Assembly (NCBI GenBank): GCA_001949185.1
Contig: BDGG01000008.1
Span: 1,550,001 to 1,614,000, forward strand
Direction of reading: 5' to 3'
DNA from: Ramazzottius varieornatus
Taxonomy: Eukaryota; Animalia; Tardigrada
DNA: 64,000 nt
Each line of letters opens with the position of its first letter. Position 1 is the first letter of the stretch. Both the position numbers and the translations under genes were made by a program. The notes beneath the pieces were generated by a model. The model was given only the letters and a program-made list of their open reading frames with translations. It was not told the DNA's origin and made no database searches. Positions 47,801 through 59,987 of the stretch are shown here, piece by piece.

Positions 47801-50800
47801 CATCAGATGTCCCTGGAAAGAATGTAATCGGAACACCAGGTCGGACACCAATCATGGGGGAGGAGATTCTGGCCACAACGCAATCTTACTACGCTGGCCA
47901 ACCCGTCGCCATCGTTGTAGCAGGTGCGTACTTTCCGCCTCAAATTTCATAACACTGGTAACAGGCCAACAAAGCTATCCAAATTCTTATAAACCATATA
48001 AGAGGAACGCCAACTATCGTAGGAGATTTTTTTTCCTCCATTTTAGTTTCTCGGGAAATGGCAGAAGAAGGGGCGAAGTTGGTCAAGGTGGAGTACTTCA
48101 ACGTACAAACACCCATACTGACTTGCCTAGACGCCATCAATTCTAACTCGTTCCACGAGACAAAGATGAAGGATATCAACGTGGGAGATGCGGAGGTGGC
48201 GGTCAAGAACGCCGCAGTGTCGGTCGAGGGAAGTTTCGAGATGGGAGCGCAACAGCATTTCCACACCGAAACCATGGTATAGCCGTGGTCGTTTCCACCA
48301 AACAGTACTAATTTGCGGGGTTTGCCGGTCGAGTTTCTAAATACTGTATGACAAGATGTATAGCTTCAACAACATATGACTGCAGGTGACGGTATGTTAT
48401 CCAACCGAGGACGGAATGAACGTGGAAGCAGGAACCCAATTTATTGATGGAACCCAGAGCGCCATTGCACAGGCCTGCGGTCTTGGCAAAAACAAGTACG
48501 CGCTTTCTATCATTCATGCTACCAATATCTGTTTAGCCATTCTAATTCAGACTTCTTTTCGTTTACAGAATCAACGTGACGGTAAAGAGAAACGGAGGTG
48601 GGTTTGGGGCCAAGGGCAGCCGTATCAACATTGTGGCTGCAGCTGTGGGGATTGCTGCCTTTGTTATGAAAAGGTAACGAAACGAAAAAGCCGACTTCCG
48701 CCCGTAAAGTACTTAAATCTGTTCCTCTAGCAAGCATGAAACCAAGCTTTCTAATGATACTAATTTCTCTGTTGTGGATACAGGCCAGTCAAAATGCACC
48801 AGAGCTTATGGGACAACTTCAAGTTGATCGGAAGACGACTACCATACCTGATCAAGTACAAAGCCGGCACTGACGCTGCCGGAAAGTTAGCCGGCATTGT
48901 TTTAGATGTTTATGGCGACTGCGGTAACATTTGCAATCCAAGGCTATTATCCTTACATTTCGTAAGTTTTTACTACATTCGGAACGAGAATTTCTTTATT
49001 GCAGGATATCAGCCATCAGCTTCAGTGATCGTCAACGGACTTCCGAACTGGATCGACAACAGTAAGCTAACTGTTTCTGTAGATCGTCAAGCAAAATTGG
49101 ACCACATACGCATTGGAATGGTCTGTTGTTTTTCCCAGTCTACTTTTCGCCGGCGTGGAAGGTTCGTTTACATGCCTGCAAAACCAACACTCCGCCGAAT
49201 ACTCATTGTCGAGCGCCAGGTATGAAGGCTGGTTTTCGCCGCGTGTTCGCATGCCCACCTCGATCGAGTGAAGAAGTGGTGTCTATTTTTACAGGAAGCA
49301 CCGAAGGGATCTACATGACTGAATACGTCTTGCAACATTTGGCTTACGCCTCCGGCAAGAATCCTGTTGACTTGAAGCGCCAGAACTTTCTCAAGAATGG
49401 CGACAACCTGCTGGAGGGCGCCACCATCAAAGACTGCAACATTGGACCCCTCACGGAACAACTGATGTCCAGTGCTTCCTATAACGATCGAGCAGTCGCC
49501 GTTGACCAGTTCAACAAGGATAACCGATGGCGGAAACGTGGCATTTCTGTGGTGCCGATGAGGTTTGCCGTGCACTGGAGGAACGGAAATTATAACTGTC
49601 TGGTGGCTATTTTTCACGAAGGTGGCACCATTGCCGTCACCCACGGTGGAATCGAGCTTGGTCAAGGCATAAACACAAAGGTGGGTATTCGACGAATGTT
49701 TGGGTTGAAAAGGGTTGCCGTATCAAAGTTTGTAACAAGGGAACATTTTGCGCAGGTTGTCCAAGTGATCGCCTATGAACTGGGTGTGGAGATGAGCCGA
49801 ATTCAGGTCCAGCCAACAATGGCAATTACCAACGCCAACGCCAGAGGGACATATGGCAGTATTTCCACGGAACTGGTGTGTCTGGTACGTTGGGCGTTGA
49901 TAATTTATCCACCGCATATACTTACTGTAGAGGCAAGATGATCATGGAAGGCCTCTCTTTCATACCCCTTTTTCCACATTGTAGTCCGCCATTGAATGCT
50001 GCCGACAGCTGAACGATCGCCTAAAACCGGTGAAGGACGCGAATCCCAACGTAAAATGGGAAGACCTCATCGAGACTTGTTACAAGCAAGGAATAGATCT
50101 GTCTGCGAGAACATGGTGAGCCAAGTTGGACAACAGATCCAACCCTCATCCAACCCGACAACATTCGTACAGTAGCCGCAGTAAGAAGTAGGATACAGTA
50201 CTTCATGCATTTTTTCCAGGACAAATCCAAAGCCCGAAGAGCCTCTTGTCTACAACACTTATTGCGCCATGTGCACCGAGGTCGAAGTCGATATTCTGAC
50301 TGGAGAGTCTCACGTTCTTCGTCTCGACTGCCTATACGACTGCGGTGAAAGTATCTCACCCTACATCGGTAAGGCATGATATGAATATGACAGGTTAATT
50401 GTTTTACTGTGGAGGTTAACCATGCCCGTGGACGTGGTACTTTACAGATATCGGGCAAGTTGAGGGAGGCACCATTATGGGTTTGGGCTATTACATGACC
50501 GAGGAGGTTCGCTTCCATCCGAAGACGGGGCAAAACTTGACGTTTGGCACATGGAAATACAAGCCGCCTTTCGCAAAGGACATTCCCATCGACTTCCGGG
50601 TGGCTCTTTTGAAGAATGCACCCAATCCCAGTGGAGTTCTTCGAAGCAAACGTAACGATAGCTTTCATCTAACTCTAATGTATATTGTTGAACTTGTTGT
50701 CGTGTTTCAATATGTTGTCGCCCCTCTAGTGATGCAAGAACCTCCGCTTTGCGCCACGGCGTCAGTAGTTTTCGCTTTGAGACAGGCTATTCAAGCTAGT

Positions 50801-50977
50801 CGGACGGAAGCAGGAAAGAACGACTGGTTTCCCAATGGTATGTAGTCCATCCAGCGCTTCTTACTCTCCGACTGATTTTGGTTGAAACGGAAATTGTTTG
50901 CAGACGTCCCGATGACGGTGGAACGAGTGCAACAGTACGCGCAGACGCAGCTGGCGGACCTCGTGTACAAACCGTGA
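44806..50977 (+). CDS. Molybdo-flavoenzyme, aldehyde oxidase type (xanthine dehydrogenase family), many exons
   Basis: 2Fe-2S motifs GTKLMCREGGCGIC, QCGFCTPG, GNYCRCTGYRPI; FAD domain (SVRN.GSWAGNL); Moco domain QQHFHTET, GGGFGAK, HCRAPG, HGGIELGQGINTK, catalytic QEPPL. Confidence 0.93.
45629..45928. mobile_element. ~300-bp intronic foldback element
   Basis: Arms pair along almost the whole length, e.g. TTTGGCCAGGGAGAAAATTTTGAA / TTCAAAATTTTCTCCCTGGCCAAA and GGGGACCAAGGTGACCCTGA / TCAGGTTTACCTTCGTCCCC; lies in an AOX intron. Confidence 0.8.
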
Positions 50978-51633
50978 AGAGAACAGGCGAAATCGCTGGT
51001 ACGCTCGTACTTGTTGCTCTTTCAGCATGCGTATGCCGTAACCCTGTTCTGAGTCTGGGACACGATGCAATAGTTTTCAAACAGTCCATGATAAAGATGC
51101 AATGCTTCAATTATTATTCCCTTACATCCCGATAATCTCGTCAGCTTCCGTCAGGGTTGGCCTCTCCACTCCACTCGAGATGCTTTTTTGATTCCTTGCT
51201 AATTTTTACAGTAGCTTATCGCAATGGATCAGAAATTCGGAATACATAGCTGATCAGAAAATAGCCGGGAGAAAGTATGTGTACAAGGAAAGCCATGGAA
51301 GAAGTGAAATCCTTATTACTGACGCATCGATCAAGTCACCATGCGTGTAGCGCATGCATAGTCTATGTGACCTCTGTTTCTGTTCTCGACAATTTTTCGT
51401 AGCCATAAATTGTTGTCTGAATCATTGATTGTTTCTGGAAATAATATATCGAATAATCCAGAATGACCAGTCTCATCGGCTATCATGCGTAACAACAACG
51501 CACGTGTAACAAACGCTTAGATATCACAGATAATCCATTAAAGGAAACCTTTCGCAATAAACTCGAACCAATATCTCTGTAGTCTTGACATCAAACCTGT
51601 GCAACGTCAAGCATTGCAGGGCGGAAGTATCAA

Positions 51634-54600
51634 TCACAGTTCCTCGAAGGTAAACTGTCGGCGTACTCCATCTTTCGGGCTGCCGGCCGCCGGCATCTGT
51701 TCATCCAGGAGCTTTTGAAGTTCCCGGCCTTTGATTATCAACGTCTCGTCGATCCTACCGATAAACACACTGTCAGTGAATACCAAGTCTTGAAATCGTT
51801 GGTGCTACCGATATGCGCCTTTCTTACCCGTGATTTTCCCCTGTATCAGGCGCAGGTGTCGGTAGGTCTTTATTAAAGCCTTCCTTGCCCTCCAACCAAT
51901 ACGTCTGCATCTCACCTTTTCCTTTCACGAACGTCATACCACGAAAGACCATCTTATAGCCGCCCAACTGCGTCAATCTCTCGTGTGTGGAAGAACTAAG
52001 GTGAATCCGGTATGCCCTGCTGGTCGACTCCATTCGGGAGGCCGTGTTTACCGTATCGCCGAACTGCAAAAACAACCCGTGGAGAGTGTGACTTGCAGAT
52101 TCCATGAATGACAACAACAGCTTGAGGTCCTTCAGAGAGAAAAACGATATCTTTAGGTACACATACCAGACAATAGCGCGGCATGGTCAGGCCGACAACA
52201 CCTAGAAAAAAGTAACAGTGTTTTGTTCAGCGAAATGTAATTACCGCATTACTTCAAGTACTGTGAACCCAGTCCGAATTTAATTTTACGGCTTACTAAC
52301 AGCATACGGGCTGCGCCAAATGATTTCGACCAGATCTTTTTCGTAATTGGCGCACACTTCGGTCTTTAACACCGAGGACGTGCGGTAATTAGAAAAAGCG
52401 AAAATTCTAAACGGTTTTCTCTCCAAATGGCGCATATCTGCAGTCGATAACAACAGAAAGTTGCGCCACTTGAGACAACGATCTGATTTCCTTCATTTGC
52501 CGTCGTCACATGTAGAATGCGATAAACTCACCCGCAGCGCAGGACCCAGTGTGAATGCCGATACGTAACAACAAAGGGACGTCGTATAAATGGCGGATCT
52601 TGAACTTGCCGCATTGGTGTAACAGTTCGAGAGCCACGGAAGCAATTTCGCCGGTGTGTCTGTCACCGTTGGGTACGGGCAAACCACTAACGACCATGTA
52701 AGCATCGCCGATCGTTTCAACCTGTGCAGGATATTAAGGATTGTAATCAACGATTTCTAAATTTGTAACTAGACCTCAAGGATTTCCTCGGCTGAATTAC
52801 ATACCTTGTAAACGTCGTAATAGGATAAGGTCGTGTCGAATAGGGTGTAGAGGTTATTAAGTAAATTTACCACTTCCATCGGATTGCTGTAAAGTGAGAA
52901 CAAATTCGAGGAAATACTCCCAAAGCACGTGATGCAATATTTATTGGTCGAGCTCAGTTAGTTCCTTCCAGATGGGAATTTTACCTGTAGGCAGAGATGG
53001 TCGTGAAGCCCACAATGTCAGAGAAATATATGGTGACTTCTTCGAAGGTTTCCGGTTCGATGGCTTGTCCCGTTTTTAGCTTTTCTGCCACGGACCTTCA
53101 AAATTGGAAGTTGTGCTAGACAAGACTTTCACAGTAGGAGAGGAAGCTTCGAACGTACTGTGGCATCATTCGGAATAGTAGCTGGTCCGTTTTCTTCTTT
53201 TCTTCGTTGAGCTCTTCGGTGCGTTCGTGGATCAATTCTTCCAGGTTATTGCTGTATTTCTCCAGCATGACAAACATTGCATCGACAATGTTAACCTTGC
53301 TGCAAGCAAAAACTTGCGTTGCAAAGGCGAATCATTAAGCCCTAAACGTTGAGAAGGGCGTTTTTAATGAGACACTCCCGAAGCAAATCTCGTGTTGGAT
53401 CATTATTTCTACATCATTATCAAGAACAGGAAGGATTAAATTTTTGAAAATTTTTGGGCAATGTGACGTTTACCAGCAGGCGCTGGTCAGTTGCTAACCG
53501 TTTCTTTGTGGGACTGATCACCACTTGCGCCACAAAAAAAATTCCAGCGTCTGGTAACATCTTTAATTCTTCCTTGTCAGGTTAGAAAGAATAGGTGGCC
53601 TACCGCGCGACAGCGTTCACCAAGAGAACTCGCGCTTCTACACCGAAATGCTTTGAACACGTACCGGCCTTGACTCAGTGCTTTCATTTTCGTATTTAGT
53701 TGATCGGCAGTTGGCCTCATTTCAGGGTTCTCGGCCCAGCATTCCTTCATCAGCTTGATAGCTTCCGGAACTGCAGCTTGATTGGGCACGTGTGGGCGTA
53801 AGAGCGGTGGCGGATGTCCAACTTTGTGAATAATCTCTGCAATACAAACAAACCTTTATTACTGCCAACTTGTACATAATGCAGAACGGTACTTGGCACA
53901 CAGAATCAAAACTCGTAAAACTTGTGCGAAATCTGAAATATTAATCTTCACCAAATATTAAAGACACAATATGTACGTTCTTCTGTTCCCTTTCCTAACG
54001 GAAATTAAGACGATGGCAGGAGATTCAGCCATATCTTCATTTCAAGTGGCGCACTTTTTCACAGTTATTGTCTGATAGTGTGCGCCACTTGGAGAAGCGA
54101 ACTCATCGACTGCTCAATTGGCGCATAGTTTCACTGTGGTTAACTGGGGGGAATTGCGCCGCTTGAAAGTGATTTGGGTGAAAATAATCGTTTGCCATCG
54201 ATCGTAATGTTTACAGCCAAGACCGATATACCTTTAGGTGACAAGTCGACAGTACAAAAAGGACGGCCACGCATGATGAGCTCCTGCATGATGATGCCAA
54301 AGCTGTAAATGTCGGCCTTGGGCGAACCCTCGGTCAGGAGCGCTGGATTACGAAGAACTTCCGGCGCGGTCCACAGAAGCTGTTCGTCGCCCATGGCCAA
54401 CTTGTCCACCGCCGTCTTGTGATGATCATTGTTCATACTCGCTTCAACACGACCGATACCGTAGTCGGTGACCTTTAGTGTCCATCGATTATCGATGACA
54501 CATTTGCGCGAAGTTAACCGCCCATGAAATCGTAATGGCGAATTATGAATTGTTTTCAGGCCGCGGACCAGGTCTGTCAGGAAGGAGAGCTTGAAAGCCC

Positions 54601-57600
54601 AATCCAGCTTTATTTCTTCCTTGTCGATTAAGTCCATCAGACTGCCGCGTGAGCAATATTCAAAGACAACAGCAGGTGGACGGAAGGGCACGGCGTGGCC
54701 GATGAAGAAACCCACCACTGAATTGATGTTGTCGCCACGCAAGTCACGCAGATTGGTGATCAATGCTAGTGTCGGCCCTTTTAACTGGAAATTCTTTGTG
54801 TGAATGAACCGCAAGAAGACGAGCTCGCCCTGAAAATAAAAACCCAGTCTGCTTAGTAAGCCGCCGCCAACGAAACACTTCTTTTTCCGGCTCTCAAAGA
54901 ACCTACTGTATTCCCTCGATGGCTCTGCGCAATCACGTGACATGTCGTAAATATTACGTGGCGGGGATAGAAATATCTATGCCTTCAATGAAAACGTTAC
55001 TCTCCAGTAAAGTGTAGTGGTGGGCAACAATCAAACAATCAGTGCTATCTGTGTGGGTGTAATTTACTGCCATGATCAAGTACTGCGCAGAACCATCGAG
55101 GGAATACAGTATGTCAGTCTAATATTCCCTAAGCCTCCTGGAGTTTTGAAAACCGAGAGTATGTTTATACCTATGAACCATTTTTAGAGCCATGTTTGGC
55201 TTTCGATGGAAGCCACCACCGACTTCATAAAGTCCTTCGGGCGACCGCTCTGGAATCAGGAACGTTTGTTGTCCCTCACTCAGTTCGTTATGGTTACGTG
55301 TCAACATCCCACTGAGGTTTCGAGCAATAGTGATATTAAAGCCGGAAATGGTCCGTGCGTTTTGTAGTAAATTTAAAAGAATGTGACTGTAATTATACAC
55401 CTTGTTATTTGTAAATAAGGACAAAAGAACCTACATTGAACTTGGCGTAATTATCTCCATGTGACAATCCCAGCTCTTGTGCGCCGCTGCTACCGCCGGT
55501 ACGAATAGAGGCCATGGATTTTCCCACATCCGCATGGCCATTCGCTACCTTTCCATTGGGAAGGTTGTTGCTGGTGCCGTTTGATGTGAGAGATAAGCTC
55601 GTATTTGTTCTCTTTGCGATGGGCGTTAGGTCGTCGTTTTCGAGGTAGAACTTTACTCGGTCCTTGGCTGCGTGGGTCTTTAAGTAGTGTTGTCTGCTCA
55701 AACATAAAAACGGATTAGCATGGACTCGCCCTAAGCATTCTGATCCGATAAGTCCCTTGAGCTTTCGTTATTTTCAACGTGCAAGACATATTCGGAATTC
55801 CACTGTTTTAAATTTTCGCTGTCTGGTGGTCGGCGCCGCGGCAAACAGGACTTGGTGGTGGAAAAAAATAATTGAATGTATGGCCCATGACGTCACGATC
55901 GACTGATCGTTGACTGTCAGTTTAAGCGAACCCGCATAATCCTACAAGGCGGCTCCATGGGTGCGACGTACGTACACGGCTTATGTTACGGCTCGGCTCG
56001 TGACGTAAGGGCCGACGTTGCCGTTCTTCGACTGATTTCCTACGAAGTCGAGTTCGCCGGGGCACCGGTGATGGTGGAGCAACTGGAAGCTCGGTGAAAA
56101 AGCTCGACAACATCATTTTTTCAAAGCGGCGCATACTTACAGCCCCTAACACCGAGAACGCGCGCCACTTAGGAAATCGACAAGTGGTACGCACCAACGG
56201 CCACTACACTGTAAGCATGCGCCACTTGGAAACTCGGCCAGATCACTTTTCGGGGTGGCGAACGCTGCCGGCCGCTAACGCTGGGAGTGTGCGCCACTTG
56301 GGTAGATAATCTTGTCGAGTTTCCTCGCAAAGTTTCCAACCAGTACACGCGGCCAAACCCCGTGAAGAACTGGTACAATGGAAATCTGAGGGAGACCTTG
56401 AGGCCAAATGAGATTGCCGGATTACCGTGAGTAAAGTGCGGCAGCCGCCATGAGGACGAGGGCTAGTATGACGCCGATGGCGATGGGAAGATAAACGGTC
56501 AAAGCTTCGGAAGTGGGCGCAGCATCCTCATCTCCGCCGAGGAAGATCCCTAGACTATCGTTAAAATAATCGTCTTGGAAGTGATAGCCTAACTGCCAGC
56601 TCTCGCCCAGGGTTGTGTTCGCTGTAAGATCTGCTTGTGTCGGAGTACTCCTGTTAACGTTAGTCTGAGGACTGTTCGGGAGCGAAGAAAATTCGACCGG
56701 TTGGTGAATGTTAGGTATCACATCAACCCGTAATCTGTGCACTGCTTCCGTTTCATTGGTGTCGAGATGACGCACCTCGGTGACTTTCCATGACCGCAGC
56801 TGAACAAACTTGCCAGGTGCAATAGGCACGATATTGGCAAGGTGGTGAAAATCACGAACGACGGCTACAAGATCGTTATGCTGCGGACGACTCGCTGAAT
56901 TCGAAGAAACGTTTGTAAGCTCTGGACGATCCAACAAGACAGAAGCTATCGAGAAACTATTCCGCACATCCTGAAACAAAATCGGTCTGCGCGAACACTA
57001 ACTGGGCTGAAAGGGTTCGATGTACCAACCTCGACGAAAAGGTCACTCGTGGCATTGGACGGTGAAGAATATTGTAGGAGTGTTAGCATGTTTGTGCTGT
57101 TGGTGAGTCTCATCATATTTGAAGACCTTTTTATTGCAGTTAGGGAACCGGAAGTCGAAGCGGTGTCTTTGACGAATATAACAATTTGTCTGCTTGAGTT
57201 GAGGCGGATCACAGGGAAGCTATCTAAGTCCGAGGCACTAAGGCACATTAAGTAATCTGGAGAAGTAGAGAAATCAACAGTCAGTTCCAAGCAAGCGAAT
57301 GTTGGGTTGATCATGGGCTTACAGGCGGATGAAGGTAGGTTTAGAGTCGCGGTAGAGTCCAATGGAAGGTCGTAATACTGATCGATGATTTTGGAGTTGT
57401 CGCGCAGAAGATGATTGGATATGTCCGAACAGGAAGGCGATGAAACCAGCCGCGGCGGTGGTTTGCTCCACTTCTTCCGCCTATGCAGGTGATGAACTAT
57501 CTGCGCAGGAAACCATGCAGGCACCGACATCTGTATTATGGTTAAGTTATCGACTTTGTACTCGGATGTTGCCAGTTGTGAATTGGAGTTTACGACCTGA

Positions 57601-59987
57601 AAAAGCAAACTTTGATTCTTGAAAAATTCTTCCGTATATAAGAAGCCCGCAAACGAACCGAACATGCTGGTCAAGCAGGGCACATGTTGTTGTTGTTGAT
57701 TGACAGTGTGCGCCACTTAGAAAACCGAACATGCCCAAGTCATTCGCCGGCTTCCGATATTTCAATAAAAAATAAAGTACGATGTTGTCGAATCGTATTT
57801 CATCGATATATATATATATATATATATCGATATCGCTGCGATATGATATCGAGAAGATACCAAATCGAAAAATCGAACTCGAACAAATATCGGAAAGTTT
57901 GATAAGATATCGGCAAATACTTTATCGAAAATTTATCGAAAATAACGGAAATAACATTTTTATCGTATTTTTGCCAGCATTACAAAATAACTCCCGGTTG
58001 CATTCAGAGCATGATTGCGAAAATGCCGCGTCCCACATTGACGTCCACGTTACTGCCACTGTATCCAGGTCCGACTTTTCCATGTTAACCGCCATGTTTT
58101 GCGTCACCGAACTCGCGTCACCATGTTTGACCTGACCTTCCGTGTGACCTCGGAAGGGTCAAAACCGAGCACTTTTCAAGAAAAAAAGTCATATTGCAAT
58201 TGCAATTCACTTTTCAGGTTAGCGTTTTTGCACACAACGGATTTTTTCGACAGTCTGAAAGTTACAGTTCCTTTCATTACGGAGTATTTGATTGCTTATA
58301 GTGCTGCGATAACCTTTTCACTTCATTGCTTTCATTCAGGTTGCCAGTCTGCAGTCTTTGCACGCGATGTGATGGACGATGGTAGACACAATTTGATAGT
58401 GATTCGATAATTGGCGACCCTCTGAAGATTATGTCATGTTCGCTCTCAGAAGTTAGTAGTGAAGCCGGCTTCGATAGAAATTTCTACTTAATGTAAATGA
58501 CTAGCCCCGAGTAACTGCTGGGATATATAGCACAGCTGCGTCCTACAGGTACAGAGCGGTGATTCGCTCGAAAGCGGCCTTGCTTGTAGGTTTTCTCCCA
58601 TAGTGATTTCACAGCGGAAGGTTCGAGGATTGATTGCTTCGTAGTAATTGAAGTAAAACCTTCCAGTGAATTTGATGGGTGGATTTAACGAGCTTTCTAT
58701 AGACAACGACAGTAAAAGAAGGAACAGTACCTGCGCATGCTAAATATCTCACTGTACTGCTCCAATTAAACCACATGGCATGTAGACAGCTGATCCAGAG
58801 ACCACGCACCCGCCGGATGTGCTTCTGACCAGGAAGTCGCGATCGTCCCGTCGGCATTCAAAAACACTTTGAGCCGGCGCGGCAGACAGAATTAATCAAA
58901 GCGATGCTCAATCGGAGTCAATCCTACCTTCTAATCAACATTACCGGCATTCTATCAATACCATTCGTTTTTCATGTCTCCCCATTTCATCCTTGTCATA
59001 ATCACACCGCCTAAAGATAACTAGGCTTCAAATGAGTCTGAAACGGCAATTAACAGAGGACTCAAAGAACCCAGTGACGCGGTATGGGTGCTGGTGCTCG
59101 ACGCAGGTAAAAATATTAGTCGTCACCGCATCGCGTTAGCCGGAAAGGATTAGTTCTCCGAGCGGGAACAGACGCATTTACAATGGATTATCCATTATTC
59201 TATCACGTTAGGGTGCGACACCCAAACAGAATTTGCAGACGTAGCAGACTTTTTTCGCGCTACAGACAGTCTCGCTGTACACTTTACTGTACACTCTACT
59301 GCACACAAGTCCTCGTCTTGCACCGTCAAAGCCTAGAAAAGATTCGCGCTCTGGACCGATCGCAGTTACTAAAACAGTAATCTCAAGGTCTGTTTTTAAC
59401 ACTTTTGGGGCAGGAAGGTCCCTTAGACAGGAAAGACGTAGACGAGACAGCCTTCCGGGGCCCGGTACTTTGCATTATGTATCAATCTTCCTTATGTGCG
59501 CCACTCTTACACGCATTAGAATTTCAGACGAATTCATAAAACCAGTGTGGGTAGTCAGCCCACAGTGATAAAACACTGATGGAAATTACCCCGTCATCAT
59601 GGGGGTAAAACCAAACAGACTAACCAGCGCGCTTACCTCTTCACAGCCAACAACGATCAAAGTAACAGGTCCTTTCAGACGTCTTTGAAGTATCCTCAAA
59701 GCAGGACAATTGCGACTGAAGGATACAATAACAATCAACAGCCGCGGTTGTATCTGAATGTTGACTTTCGCCAGGCGTTCATATTCCTCAATTTCATCAC
59801 AAGGGGATATCGCAAATACATAGTCCGGCATATAGCGATAAGGAGCGGTAACTTTGGTCGCGTCGGGGCAATCGGTCAAGATCACCACGGCTCGTCGTTC
59901 CATTGACTCCGCTCGAATGTCATCCACCGACATCAAGATACAAAGACCCACATTAAAACCCGACAAGAACAAGAGGGCCCACTTCAT
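51634..59987 (-). CDS. Receptor-type guanylate cyclase (5' exon assignment less certain)
   Basis: Signal-peptide exon 59987-~59637; ectodomain 57598-56500; [23 protein letters not shown]; kinase-homology domain ([31 protein letters not shown]); [10 protein letters not shown] hinge; cyclase [13 protein letters not shown] and [19 protein letters not shown] with guanine-specifying E and C. Confidence 0.9.
57785..57965. repeat. (TA)n microsatellite embedded in an ATCG(A)-rich low-complexity tract (intronic)
   Basis: ATCGATATATATATATATATATATCGAT plus about ten nearby ATCG(A/G) units. Confidence 0.7.

Larger units (their letters stand above)
3680..57740. repeat. Dispersed ~85-bp palindromic element family (span of first to last copy; not contiguous)
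   Basis: Copies at ~3680-3765, 14479-14563, 18975-19061, 22700-22850 (x2, degenerate), 24209-24290, 24913-24998, 25503-25585, 29534-29670 (x2), 39806-39935, 41567-41650, 42145-42226, 52325-52486 (x2), 54025-54175 (x2), 56103-56319 (x3), 57655-57740. Confidence 0.9.

Noticed and set aside
56103-56319. CRISPR array (repeats separated by constant-length unique spacers)
   Set aside because: Repeats alternate in inverted orientation, are degenerate, lie in a eukaryotic intron, the spacers share a weak consensus, and there are no cas genes.
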